Assembly (NCBI GenBank): GCA_038087875.1
Contig: CM075991.1
Location: forward strand, 3,472,001 to 3,536,000
Direction of reading: 5' to 3'
Source: Malacoraja senta
Lineage: Eukaryota
Length of the DNA: 64,000 nucleotides
The notes under the pieces are model-generated. The model saw only the letters and a program-made list of their open reading frames with translations, had not been told where the DNA came from and did no database searches. A program made the position numbers and the translations under genes. This document shows, in pieces, positions 51,256-63,300 of this stretch. Numbering within the stretch: position 1 is the stretch's first letter; each line of letters opens with the position of its first letter.

Positions 51256-53765
51256 CTCGCGTGCCTGAATGATTTTGCTCTGTGGAAGATTAATTGCAAT
51301 AGATACATCGCCAGATCATCATTACAAAACATCAGCTTGAAAGGGCTCTCACAAGTACAGAGTCACTCATTGTTTGCGTTAAAGCCTCACTCTTCCATTA
51401 CCTTGCTGGATGGTGAGTATCAGTTGCGAATCCTGCAAACGGATACCTGGCTGGTGACAGTAAATGAGCGAGGAAGAAGTGTCCTCAAGTACTCTGCTGT
51501 TGTCACACTTCAGTGGAGTGAAACATGCCTTGCATCAATGTGTAAGAAGGAACTGCAGATGCTGGTTTAAACCGAAGATAGACACAAAAAGCTGGAGTAA
51601 CTCAGCGGGACAGGCAGCATCTCTGGAAAGAAGGAATGGGGCATCTCATATTTCACTTGGTAGACAAAAGTGCTGTAGAAACCCAGCGGGTGCAGCAGCA
51701 TCTATGGAGTGAAGGAAATAGGCAACGTTTCGGGCCAAAACCCTTCTTCAGACTTCTTCTTCACTTGGGCAGCTTACAGGCCAGTGGTATGAATATTGAT
51801 TTCTCTCACTTCAGGTAGCCCCGGCCAAAGGTACCAGAGCAAGCACTCTATGATCTTTCCCTCTCTCTCTATTTATCCCACCCCCACCCAAGTCACACCA
51901 GCTTCTCGTTTTCACCCTCCAAACAGCAAACAATGGCCTTTATCATCATGTTGTTAAAGAAGGAACTGCAGATGCTGGAAAATCGAAGGTACACAAAAAT
52001 GCTGGAGAAACTCAGCAGGTGCAGCAGCATCTATGGAGCGAATTCATCATTACTTGTTTGCATATCTTTCATTCATTGTTCTTTATCTCTCCACATCACC
52101 GTCTATATCTCTCGTTTCCCTTATCCCATACCAGTCTGAAGAAGGGTCTCGACCCAAAACGTCACCCATTCCTTCCCTCCAGAGACGCTGCGTGTCCCGC
52201 TGAGTTACTCCAGCATTTTGTATCAAACCGCAGTCAGACCTGCTGGGTCACAGCTCTGACAACCTGGATTGAATCCTGGCCTTGGGTGCTGTCCGTGTGG
52301 AGTCTGTACGTTCTTCCTGTGACCATGTGGGTTTCTCCTGGGAACTCTAGTTTTCTCCCACGTCCCAAAGGAGAGCGGGTTGGTGGGCTAATTTGCCCTT
52401 TGTAACTCACCTGGTGTGCAGGTGATGGGATGGAAAAGGATCATAGAGTCACACAGCATGGAGACAGGATGATCAACCATGATCATATTGAACACCCCTG
52501 ACTTGAAGATAGATCGAAAATGCCAGAGTAACTCAGCGGGGCAGGCAGCATCTCTGGAGAGAAGGAATGGGTGACGTTTCGGGTCAAGACCCTTCTTCAA
52601 ACGATATTGAATTCAGTAGCTGTCGGATCACTCAAGAGTCCATAGTGTTTTATTGTCACAGGTCCCAGATGGAAGAATGAAACTACTTACAGCCGCACAA
52701 CAGAATATGTAAACATAGTACACTGTAAACAATATAATAAACAATATAATAAACATGTTCCCAATGTTGGGGGAGTCCAGAACCAGGGGCCACAGTTTAA
52801 GAATAAGGAGTAAGCCATTTAGAACCGAGACGAGTAAACACTTTTTCTCACCGAGAGTGGTGAGTCTGTGGAATTCTCTGCGTCAGAGTGCGGTGGAGGC
52901 CGGTTCTCTGGATACTTTCAAGAGAGAGCTAGATAGGGCTCTTAAAGATAGCGGAGTCAGGCGATATGGGGAGAAGGCAAGAATGGGGTACCGTTTGGGG
53001 ATGATCAGCCATGATCACATTGAATGGTGGTGCTGGCTCAAAGAGCGGAATGACCTACTGCACCTATTGTCTATTGAGAAAAAAAAGTTCAGTGTGTGTA
53101 TATACAGATACACATACTCACATATAAACATGTATTTTATATAAATATATATATATATATGCATGCATGCACACTTGTATACATACATGCACACACATAT
53201 ATATACTGTACATACATACATATGTAAATATATACACACACACACACATAAAAAACAAACAAACAATAATAGTGCAATAATGACAATCATAGTCTATTGT
53301 AGTTCAGAGTTTATTTGAGGTTGTAGTATTTAATAGCCTGATGGCTGTAGGGAAGAAGCTGTTCCTGAACCTGGACGTTACAGTTTTCAGGCTCCTGTAC
53401 CTTCTTCCCGATGGTGGGGGTGAAATGAGTGTGTGGCCAGGGTGGTGTGGGTCTCTGATGGTGATGCTCTCATAACCCCCTCCAAATATTTGTCACAATC
53501 CTCCGATAAAGCATATCAAAGGAATGTCCGTTACATCTGAACAAGGTTTACCAAATTCGCGATGATATTGATGCTCCTCGGAGATCCTGCATCACTTTCC
53601 CACATGTACCGTGGAGGGTTTAATCTTCCATTTTATTGTTATTTTCAGTGCTGAGTAAATAAGTGTGTTGAATGATTTCCACTTGCTTGACAGTGCGGAA
53701 TTGTATGCCGAGGGAGGGGACATTTCAAATGGCACGTCTTTGTGATTGTTCTCAATTGTGCTAAG

Positions 53766-54592
53766 TCTTCTTCTTACGCCCCCTTCGGTCATGGCTGACC
53801 ATGGGTGTCTCCAGGGTTGGAGGATGCCAGTGCGTGAATGTGTTTAACGTGGGGAGACCGCCACCACACGGTACATGACAGATCTGGGTCAGACAAGAGA
53901 CAATAGACAATATACAATAGGTGCAGGAGTAGGCCATTCGGCCCTTCGAGCCAGCACCGCCATTCAATGTGATCATGGCTGATCATCCCCAATCAGTACC
54001 CCGTTCCTGCCTTCTCCCCATATCCCCTGACTCCGCTATTTTTAAGAGCCCTATCTAGCTCTCTCTTGAAAGCATTCAGAGAACCTGCCTCCACCGCCCT
54101 CTGAGGCAGAGAATTCCACAGACTCACCACTCTCTGTGAGAAAAAGTGTTTCCTCATCTCCGTTCTAAATGGCTTACTCCTTATTCCTAAACTGTGGCCC
54201 CTGGTTCTGGACTCCCCCAACATCGGGAACTTGTTTCCTGCCTCTAGCGTGTCCAAGCCATTAACAATCTTATATGTTTCAATGAGAAACCCACTCATTC
54301 TTCTAAACTCCAGGATCCAGTGGCATGGAGTCCAAGACGACCGGAGACCCTTTTCTGCTGCAGCCTTCATCCGCCTTCCCAGCCATTGTGATGCTCCACT
54401 AAGGTCAGCCATCATCCTCCGCCTGTTCCACCGTTGAGGTCTTGGTTGGATTGCTCTTTGTCGGAGACCTCCGACTTGACCTTACCGCCATGGGTGACCC
54501 TACCAGGAGCTTAGCTCCAGAAGGCATCTCTCTCAGGATCTCAGGACCACACAAGCTTCTCCACCACGACAAGGTGACAATCCACGGAGAAG
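53766..54592 (-). mobile_element. Short bipartite RTE-like non-autonomous element interrupted by a CR1 3' fragment (~53895-54310)
   Basis: Minus 5' end CTTCTCCGTGGATTGTCACCTTGTCGTGGTGGAGAAGCTTGTG...GATCCTGAGAG resembles RTE/Expander 5' UTRs. Minus 3' end has a (GAA)n tail. No ORF between them. Confidence 0.6.
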
Positions 54593-57424
54593 TGGATGTG
54601 GACAGTGAATTAACAAACACACCAGTATTTCTCAATTTCTATTCATAGGCGGCATTGCACACACAGATTGCATGAATCATAATTGAATTTAATAAAACTC
54701 CTTTCCAGAATTGTGGTTTCTGATATAGTTAGTCATAGAGTGATACAGCGTGGAAACAGGCCCTTCGGCCCAACTTGCCCACACTAGTCAACATACCCCA
54801 GCTACACTAGTCCCACCTGCTGGTGTTTAGCCCATCTCCCTCCAAACCTGTCCTATGCATGAACCTATCTAAGCATTTCTTAAACATTGGGATAGTCCCA
54901 GCCTCAACTAGCTCCTCTGCAAGCTTGTTCCATACACCCACCACCTCTTGTGGGTGAGAGATTGCAACCGTCAAGGTCAGAATTAATCCTGGGTTGGTGG
55001 AGCTGAGAGACAGCAGCACTACCTGCTGTGCACACGTTTCCAGCAGTGTACGACTATAATAACAGATGAAGTGTTTCAGATGGACAGGTACCAGATTTTG
55101 AATACAGCGGATGTAAGGAAGGTCAAAATGTAAGCCATGTAGACCATTACATTTAAATAATGAACTGGAGATGCTGTTTAATGCCCCATCAGTAGCCTAA
55201 ACATGGAAACAAGGGACTGGTTTACACAAAAGGACACCAAGTGCTGGAGTAACTCAGCAGGTCAGGCAGCATCTCTGGAGAACATAGACAGGTGATGTTT
55301 CGGGTCGAGATCCTTCTTCACCTAACCATGTTCTCCAGAGATGCTGCCTGACCTGCTGGGTTACCCCAGCATCTTGTGTCCAGTTTAGATAGGGATGAAA
55401 TAGTTAGAGGCAGTTCTAAATACTTATTTAATTTGGAATACGACTGAGTAAGAAAATACAGCGGTAAGATCAAAGCAAAAGCATTTTGTTTTGTAAGCCT
55501 TCTGAACCTTTTTGCCAAAGGGAAAAAAAATGTGCATTATGTTTAAGAAACAAATAGAGAGGAAACCAAAAGGGACAAACCAAACGAGATTAATGAACTA
55601 AAACGGCAGGACTAATAAAAGCTGAGGAAATGTTTCATGTTAAATTTAGAGAGAAAATTAAACCTGGAGCAAAATTATTGAAAAATGCCAAAATACTTTT
55701 TCTGGCTAAAATTAAAATTCATCCTCACAGGTTATAAATCAATTTAAATAAAAGATAAATTAACAAAATCAAAAGTTGACTATCAGGTTTATTTTAAAAA
55801 TCACTGAATGGAAATAGAAGAAGACATTAAAAAATGAAATGAGACAAATGGCGAAGTATACAAAAACAAAATTAAATGAGGCTATCAATTATTTTAATGA
55901 ATTTAAGTGGATCTGATATGATTTCTCATTATATCATGAATATCTAGACTACACAAAACACAAGGCTATTATTCAAAATGATTAGTTCAATTAGAAAAAG
56001 TTTATTGGATTTAAGCTAATGATCCAATACATTAAAATTTGATGTGTAGGAAGGAACTGCAGAAGCTGGTTTACACCGAAGATAGACGTAAAATGCTGGA
56101 GTAACTCTGCAGGACAGGCAGCATCTCTGCAGAGAAATGGAACGGGTGACGTTTTGGCCGTTCTTTTGAGAAGTTCTTCAGCTGATCTTGTTCTGAAGAT
56201 CTAAAGAAGGGTCTCGACCTCAAAAGTCGCCCATTCCATCTCTCCAGAGACGCTGCCTGTCCCGCTGAGTTCCTCCAGCATTTTGTATCGATCTTCAGTG
56301 TAAACCAGCGTCTGCGGTTCCTTCCGCCCGCCCATGGCCTTTCACATTGAAATTGGGTCTAGTTTGCCAATGAATAATTTCATCTTTCGTCCAAAACAGG
56401 TAGCTGGCATGTAATGTATGCCATGCCTTTTACAACCTCTCAAGAAGAGGAGGAATAGCAATAGGAATACTTTAGTGCCACATGTGATTAAGCACAGTGA
56501 GATTCTTTGCTTGCATACACAACGTATACAAATAGCAGCCACCTACGGCACTGACAAAGTTACAAAGCAAGCCGTCCCCCACTTTTGTTCCCCCATGTTA
56601 GGTCCCCATTGTCCTTTGTCCCTCCCCCCCCCCCCTTGTCCATTGTTCTCCCCCCGCCCACGACGGCCCCCCCACGTCGGGACCTCCATTGTTCTTCCCC
56701 TCCCCCCTCACAACTTCCCCCACTCTCTCATCGATCCACGAGGCAACGCTGCCGCCACGAGGCCCCATCATCGCGGGTCTTCACCGCTGCCAGTCCACAG
56801 CCGCGGCCCGTCGGGCAACCTTGGGGGTAGTTGTGCTCATTACAATAACTACCTTTAAAAGACACTTGGACCGGTGCATGGATAGAAAAGGTTTGGAGCG
56901 ATGTGGACTTAATGGGACTAGCTTTCATGGGGCATCTTGGTCAGCATGGATGAGATGGGCCGAAGGGCCTGTTTCCGTGCTGTATGACTCTAGTACATCT
57001 CACTGGTGCAGATTACCCCTTTCCTGCTGACAATGCTTTTGAGAGAGGAAGGGAACGCTCAGTTCCAGGAAGAAAGGAGAAGAAAGGGAAGCACAGTTCC
57101 ATATTCAACAAACCAGCCTGGTGGCGCAGCAGTCGAAAATCAAATTCGTAAAACACAAGGTGCGTGTACAAATATTCTGCTTTATATTACAGTAAAGCAA
57201 ATGGTAAATGCTTGTACGTTCTCCCTGTGACCGCGTGGGTTTTCTCTGGGCGCTCCGGTTTCCTCCCACACTCCAAAGACGTGCAGGTTGGTAGGTTAAT
57301 TGGCTTTGGTAAAAATTAGCGTGTAGGATAGTGCTGGGGGTGATCGCTGGTCAGTGTGGACTCGGTGGGCCGAAGGGCCTGTTTCCGCACTGTATCTCTA
57401 AACTAAACCAAGTTAAACACTAGG

Positions 57425-57607
57425 GAAGGTACACAAAAATGCTGGAGAAACTCAGCGGGTGCAGCAGCATCTATGGAGCGAAGGAAATAGGCAACGTTTC
57501 GGCCCGAAACGTTGCCTATTTCCTTCGCTCCATAGATGCTGCTGCACCCGTTGAGTTTCTCCAGCATTTTTGTGTACCTTCGCTTTTCCAGCATCTGCAG
57601 TTCCTTC
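57425..57607. mobile_element. Penelope pLTR-derived fold-back palindrome insertion
   Basis: ~157-bp hairpin 57425-57581 centred on TTTCGGCCCGAAA; 14-bp flanking duplication TTAAACACTAGGGA (57413-57426, 57608-57621). Confidence 0.8.
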
Positions 57608-57800
57608 TTAAACACTAGGGATCAATTTACTTACTGACTTGTTTAAAGCCACGATCAAATGGTAGAGTAGACTCATTGGGCCAAATGGCCTGATTCTGCC
57701 CCTATCTTGTGGACCTTTTCTAAGCCCCTCATGATTTTACATATGGACAGCGCCCGGCGTCCCATGATCCAGGGAAAGAAGGTTTATCTGAGAGCTCTAC

Positions 57801-58013
57801 CTCTAAGGGCCTCGGGGTCCAGTGTCTGGCCGAGCTGCTCCATTAAGTCGGCTCGCGCTGCGTTCTTCTTGTGCTTTTTGCCGTCGTAGTGTTGTTGGGC
57901 CATCATGGGGTTATTAAACCAGGCATTACACAGCTGACAGAATCGGGCCGAGTCTCTCCTCTGTCTCGGGGGGTTCGTTATCGTACTGCGACTCGAAGGC
58001 AGCTGCTTCGGTT
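57801..58013 (-). CDS. ZMAT4: Zinc finger matrin-type protein 4, internal exon (third zinc finger)
   Basis: Acceptor ctgttcttctgttgcag|, 213 bp, phase 1-1, donor G|GTAGAG. Translates ..[70 protein letters not shown](G), matching recalled ZMAT4 [44 protein letters not shown]. Not listed in the ORF track. Confidence 0.92.
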
Positions 58014-58649
58014 CTGCAACAGAAGAACAGGTTTGTAGGTCAATTGGCTACAATGTAAATTGTCCCCGTGACCGCGTGGGTTTCCTACGAGAAACGTTGG
58101 TTTCCTCCCACACTCCAAAGACGTACAGGTTAACTGGTTAATTGGCTTGGGTACAAGTGTCAGTTGTCGCCCAGCGTGTGTAGGGTGGCGCTAATGTACG
58201 GGGATCGCTGGTCGGCACGGGCTCGGAGGGCCGAAGGGCCTGTTTGCGTGCTGTATCTCGAAAACAAAAACAGAGAGATGTGAATTAAAAGAGGAAAATT
58301 ACTCCTCGTGCTTGGAACTATGATTGACCACTCAATACTCGCGGGATTCCTCAATCAGACATTATACTAATCGCTAAAAAATCACACACACACACACACA
58401 AAGCGCTGGAGTAACTCAGTTGGTCAGGCAACATGTCTGGAGGGCACGGATAGTTGACGTTTCAGATTGGGCAATTTTTGCATGTTTTATTATTTCTCAT
58501 TTTATCATTTTACTTTTAGATTTGAGATCAAACGTGGAAACAGGCCCTTCAGCCCACCGAGTCCATGCTGACCGGTGATCACCTGTACACTAGTTCTACC
58601 CTGCACACGAGTGACAATTTACAGAAGCCAATTAACTTCAGTATTTCAG

Positions 58650-59515
58650 TATTAACTTCATTGTCATTTCACTGAGTACTTACATACACAGAAGAAACGA
58701 ATAATTGTTTCTCATCTGTTCCTGTCAGTGCAGTTAATAAAAACAGAATAAATACATACAACTTTAAAATTAACATATCTAAAATAGACCTAAAATTGAG
58801 CTAAAAACAGACATACAGACCGAACAGTGACTTTACCTTGACAGGTGCCTAGCTGTCAAAGTTTGGGCAAGGTTAGATGTGTGGGTGTATAATGTATGGG
58901 GAGGGGACACAGTCCGTTAACCAGTTTTATTGCCTGTGGGAAGAAGCTGTGTAGCATCCAGCTGGTTCTGCAGCTGATACTCCTGTACCTCTTCCCAGAT
59001 GGCAGAATGGAGAAGATGTGGTGTGATGGGTGATAAGGGTCCTTAATAATGGAGATGGCTCTGCGGATGCTGCGCTTCTGATAGATCTCGAACAGGAAAC
59101 GGAGTGGAGCACCAATGATCCTACTGGCTGTCTTCACTATCCTGTTTAGCTAACCCTGTTCGTAAGCCTTGTAGCTCCCAAACCAGTAAGCTCTCGATGG
59201 TGCCCCTGGAGAAGGTCGTTAGGTGAACAGTGGGGAGAACTGCTTTTCTTAGTCTCCGGAGGGGTTGGAGCCGCTGCTGTGCTCTTTTGATGACTGCTGT
59301 GGTGTTGGTCGTTGAGGTCAGGTCGTCCGCCAGGTGAAGTCCCAGGAACTTCACACTGCTGACCCTCTCCACAGCAGCACCATCAATATGCAGCGGTGTG
59401 TGATGGTGTTTGCCAGCCCTCCGGAATTCGATCACCATCTCCTTTGTCTTTTCCACGTTGAGGGTTAGGTTGTGAGATCTGCGCCACTCTGTAAGCTGTC
59501 CACCTCCATCCTGTA
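58650..59515 (-). mobile_element. Rex1/Babar-type LINE 3' fragment
   Basis: KTKEMVIEFRR...VERVSSVKFLGLHL; IIKDPYHPSHHIFSILPSGKRYRSI...SFFPQAIKLVN; ends in an AATGAAGTTAATACTG tail. Confidence 0.85.
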
Positions 59516-59766
59516 TGCCGACATTGTTACTTACAAACCTGTACGTCTTTGGAGCGTGGGAGGAAATTGGAGCGCCCGGAGAAAACCCACCAAGTCACGG
59601 AGAAAATGGACAAACTCCGTACAGACAGCACCCGTAGTCAGAATCGAACCCGGTTCTCCGGCGCTGTGAGGCAGCAACTCTACCGCTGCACCACTGTGCC
59701 ACACAAAACGTCATTAAAACATCATTGATTTTAAATGACAAAATATCACAGAACATGGAACAGTGC

Positions 59767-60282
59767 GGGTGAGGCAGCATCTCAGGAGAGAAGGAATGGG
59801 TGACATTTCGGGTCGAGACCCTTCTTCAGACTGATGTCAGGGGAGGGGGTGGGACAAAGATACCTGAGCTAACCTACCTGATCTCCCGGTGGCTCAGCAT
59901 TTCAACTCCCATTCCCAATCTGACCTTTCTGTCCTGGGCCTCCTCCATTGCCAGAGTGAGGCCCAGCGCAAATTGGAGGAACAGCACCTCATATTTTGCT
60001 TGGGTAGTTTACACCCCAGCGATATGAACATTGACTTCTCTAACTTCAGACAGCCCTCGCTTTCTCTCTCCATCCCCTCCCCCTTCCCAGTTCGCCCATT
60101 AGCCTTACCGACACCGACTACATTCTATCCCACCCCCTCCCCTGACATCAGTCTGAAGAAGGGTCTCGACCCGAAAAGTCGCCCATTCCCTCTCTCCAGA
60201 GATGCTGCCTCACCCGCCGAGTTACACGAGCATTTTGTGTCTACCTTCGATTTAAACCAGCATCTGCAGTTCTTTCTTACAC
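59767..60282 (+). mobile_element. Penelope-like element remnant: inverted 5' pLTR + GIY-YIG C-terminus + 3' pLTR
   Basis: Inverted pLTR piece 59767-59857, then DLPVAQHFNS...RKLEEQHLIFCLGSLHPSDMNIDFSNFR, then a direct pLTR with CTGAAGAAGGGTCTCGACCCGAAA (60153-60176). Confidence 0.85.
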
Positions 60283-60367
60283 ATAGAACAGTGCAGCACA
60301 GGAACAGGCCCTTCGGCCCACAATGTTTGTGCTGGACATGATGCCAAGTTCTCATCCACCCATACAT

Positions 60368-63300
60368 AATAGTAAGATTAAAGGAGAACTTACCAGTTTG
60401 AAGTTTGATCTTTATTTTATGAGGAGTTACGTTGGTGATTACGTGAAGAAGTCCCGCCAGAGCGCATGCGCGTCAATCTTCAAAGCAGCGGTATGAAATC
60501 ACAGATAACAGAATATTTGAAGTAACATAGTAAGATCAGCAACATGAGAACTACCATATGACCTTTATGAGAGAGTTGGGCGTGGTGGGCACGTAATCAC
60601 CAACGTAATTCCTCATAAAATAAGGATCAAACTTCAAACTGGTAAGTTCTCGTTTAATCTTACTATTTTACTTCGGAGTCACGTGAGTGATTCCGTGAAG
60701 AGTTCAAAGCTCTGTGATTTTATCCCACAGATTCAAATCCCGGCTTCTCACTGCATTGATTGACTTCGGATGAGAAACAATCAATAATGCGTTAAACATG
60801 AAATTGAATATCATACAGTAACAATTGATTTGAAGAATGAAAACAAACAGTAACCCCTCTATCCCAGGGGAAACTTAAACAGAACTTAATACTGAATTTG
60901 CAAACAGCCCCCGATCGGCAATCGGCCGATGGTAAAAATTGTTGAAAAAACAATTCATTTGACCACCCGGCGCCTGTAAGAATATGATCGATGGGAACAT
61001 CCATCGCCCTGGCCGCCGACATTGCTGCTGCACTAGTGGAATGAGATGTATACACGTCAGTGTTAATACCTGCCTGAATCAACACTTGCTTTAACCACCT
61101 TGAGATAGCACTGACACTCTCTTGTGTGGTTTCTTGTAACTGATAAACAATCCTGTTTCCACATTTCTTAAGGTCCTTGTAGCTTCAATATAATGTAATA
61201 AATGTGTCCTTACACATAAACATGGATCAGTAGGCTATGCTGAAAACACAATTTAAAAAACCTGTGACATCTGTTTGAGCAGGTCGTAAATATATAACAT
61301 AACATTCTCTTCAGCCTCTTCCATCCTGTCTAGCTGAAGCTTTTGCCAAATCTGCACTCGCTATGCTGAACCAATGCCATGAGCATGACCACCTTCATGG
61401 TGAGTTTGGCCAATTCAGAGACGTGACAGGAACCCACTGTCGAAGCATCTTGAGGACCACACTTACATCCCAGATCGCCATATACCTGGGTTTAGGAGGT
61501 TTGGAGTTGAAATTCCTTTCATCAATCGAGCTATGAGAGGATGAAAACCCAATAGGATCTTTTCCTGACCCCATCAAAACATACGAGGACAAAGCACTTA
61601 AAGCTGTATTAATGGTGCTATAACTGAGCCCCTCATCATAGTAGAGTGTCGACAGGAACTCTAAAACATCCACAATACCTGCAGTACTATAGCCAATATT
61701 ATTTTGTACACAATATTGCTCCCATTTTTTTACATAAGTAATATACCGCTTTTGAGTACTCTTTCTCCAGGCTACAGTGAGCATGTCCACCGTTCGCCCA
61801 GACATTCCTCGCCCCAGGTATGGCCTTCTTAAAACCTGCAAATTAACAAGTCAATACGGTCACATAACGGATGACTTTCCCGTGTTAGCGGATGCTCCAG
61901 TAAATTCCTACGCTTGGGAACCACCAAAGGAGGTTGGATCGCTAACTGTAACATCAAAGGGAACCATGCTTGAGTTGGCCAATTAGGTATTACAAGCACC
62001 CCTGAAGTGGCATCCTGCTTGATTTTTTGCAGACTCCGACCTATGAGGCAAAATGGTGGGAAAATATATTAAAAACATACCACCCCAATGTAGCGAGAAA
62101 GCATCAATTGCAACTGCCCCCTGGTCTGGTTCCCATGAAACATATTTAGGCAGCTGGTGGTTAAACCTCGATGCAAAACAAATCGATATCTGGCATTCAT
62201 ATATAAGTACTATATTATTGAACACCTCCTGGTTCAACATCCAATCTGTGTTGTCATGGAACTTTTGTGACCTGGCGTCTGCTACTATGTTGAATCTACC
62301 TGGTGGATAAATAGCTGAAAGCCAAATATCTTTATCAATACACCAGGCCCAAATTTGATTAGCCAATCTGTCACAAGATACCGACTTGATTCCACCCATG
62401 TGATTAATATATATGCTACTGCCGTAGTATTGTCAATCTGAAACTGAACATGCAGGTTACCTTTGTTAGAGCAATAAGCCTTATCCATAAAAAGCTCCTA
62501 AACGCTCTAAATAGTTAATTCCCCATGTCTGTAGAAGCGATGCATCTTGCTCAGTCCATCTGCCTCCACAGCTGAAACTCGTATCCGTGGCACCCCACCC
62601 GGGTGCACTGACATTCATCTGCAAAATCATGGAAGGCTGCTCAAGCACTACTTTGCTCGAACTAGTGGACACATGCTGAATCCACCATTGCAAATCAGAA
62701 ACAGCCTCTGCTGATAACTGCATGGGTCTATTATAATGACCCGAATGTATCCTTAGTGCCTCCATTAGCTTGATACAGCTGTCAATTAGCTCTACCCTTT
62801 CTTCCTGGGCAGAGTCACTACCATTGAATCAATTGTGACCCAAATAGTCAGGTGTTAATTTGGATTTCTATGGATGAATAATGTCCAATCTTTGAAAAAT
62901 GGATTTAACAACTACCACCGGTTACTTCAGCTGTTCTCTTGGATACCCCTGTAATCAAGATATCATCGAGGTAAGCCATGAGCACCTGACCCTGGCCTCT
63001 CAGCATGCATAGTATATATTTTAACAATTTTGTGCCATAGTTGATCCATCCAGGTGAATTTCAAATATCTTCTATCCTGCAAATGAACAGACACTGAGTA
63101 ATATGTATCTTTAAGCTCTATAGTTGCCATATAGCATCCACTGGACCCAGTTGCTTGACAGTGACAAATGTTTCCATCTTAAAATGTCTATATTGCATCT
63201 CCCATCCTTTTTTGGCCTGGGAAAAAATATTAGACACAAATTGATGGGGTAGGTGAACCGACTTTCCAATTACACCTTTCAAGCGCAGCCTGAACCTTCA

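Noticed and set aside
55385..56040. A-rich tract as a possible old L1 ORF or host exon
   Set aside because: Stops in all frames I tried and no recognisable motif.
60792..62399. Prophage or bacterial contamination (integrase + adenine methylase)
   Set aside because: The domains are contiguous with RT/RNase H and DIRS termini, the standard DIRS1 layout, and are embedded among vertebrate SINEs.
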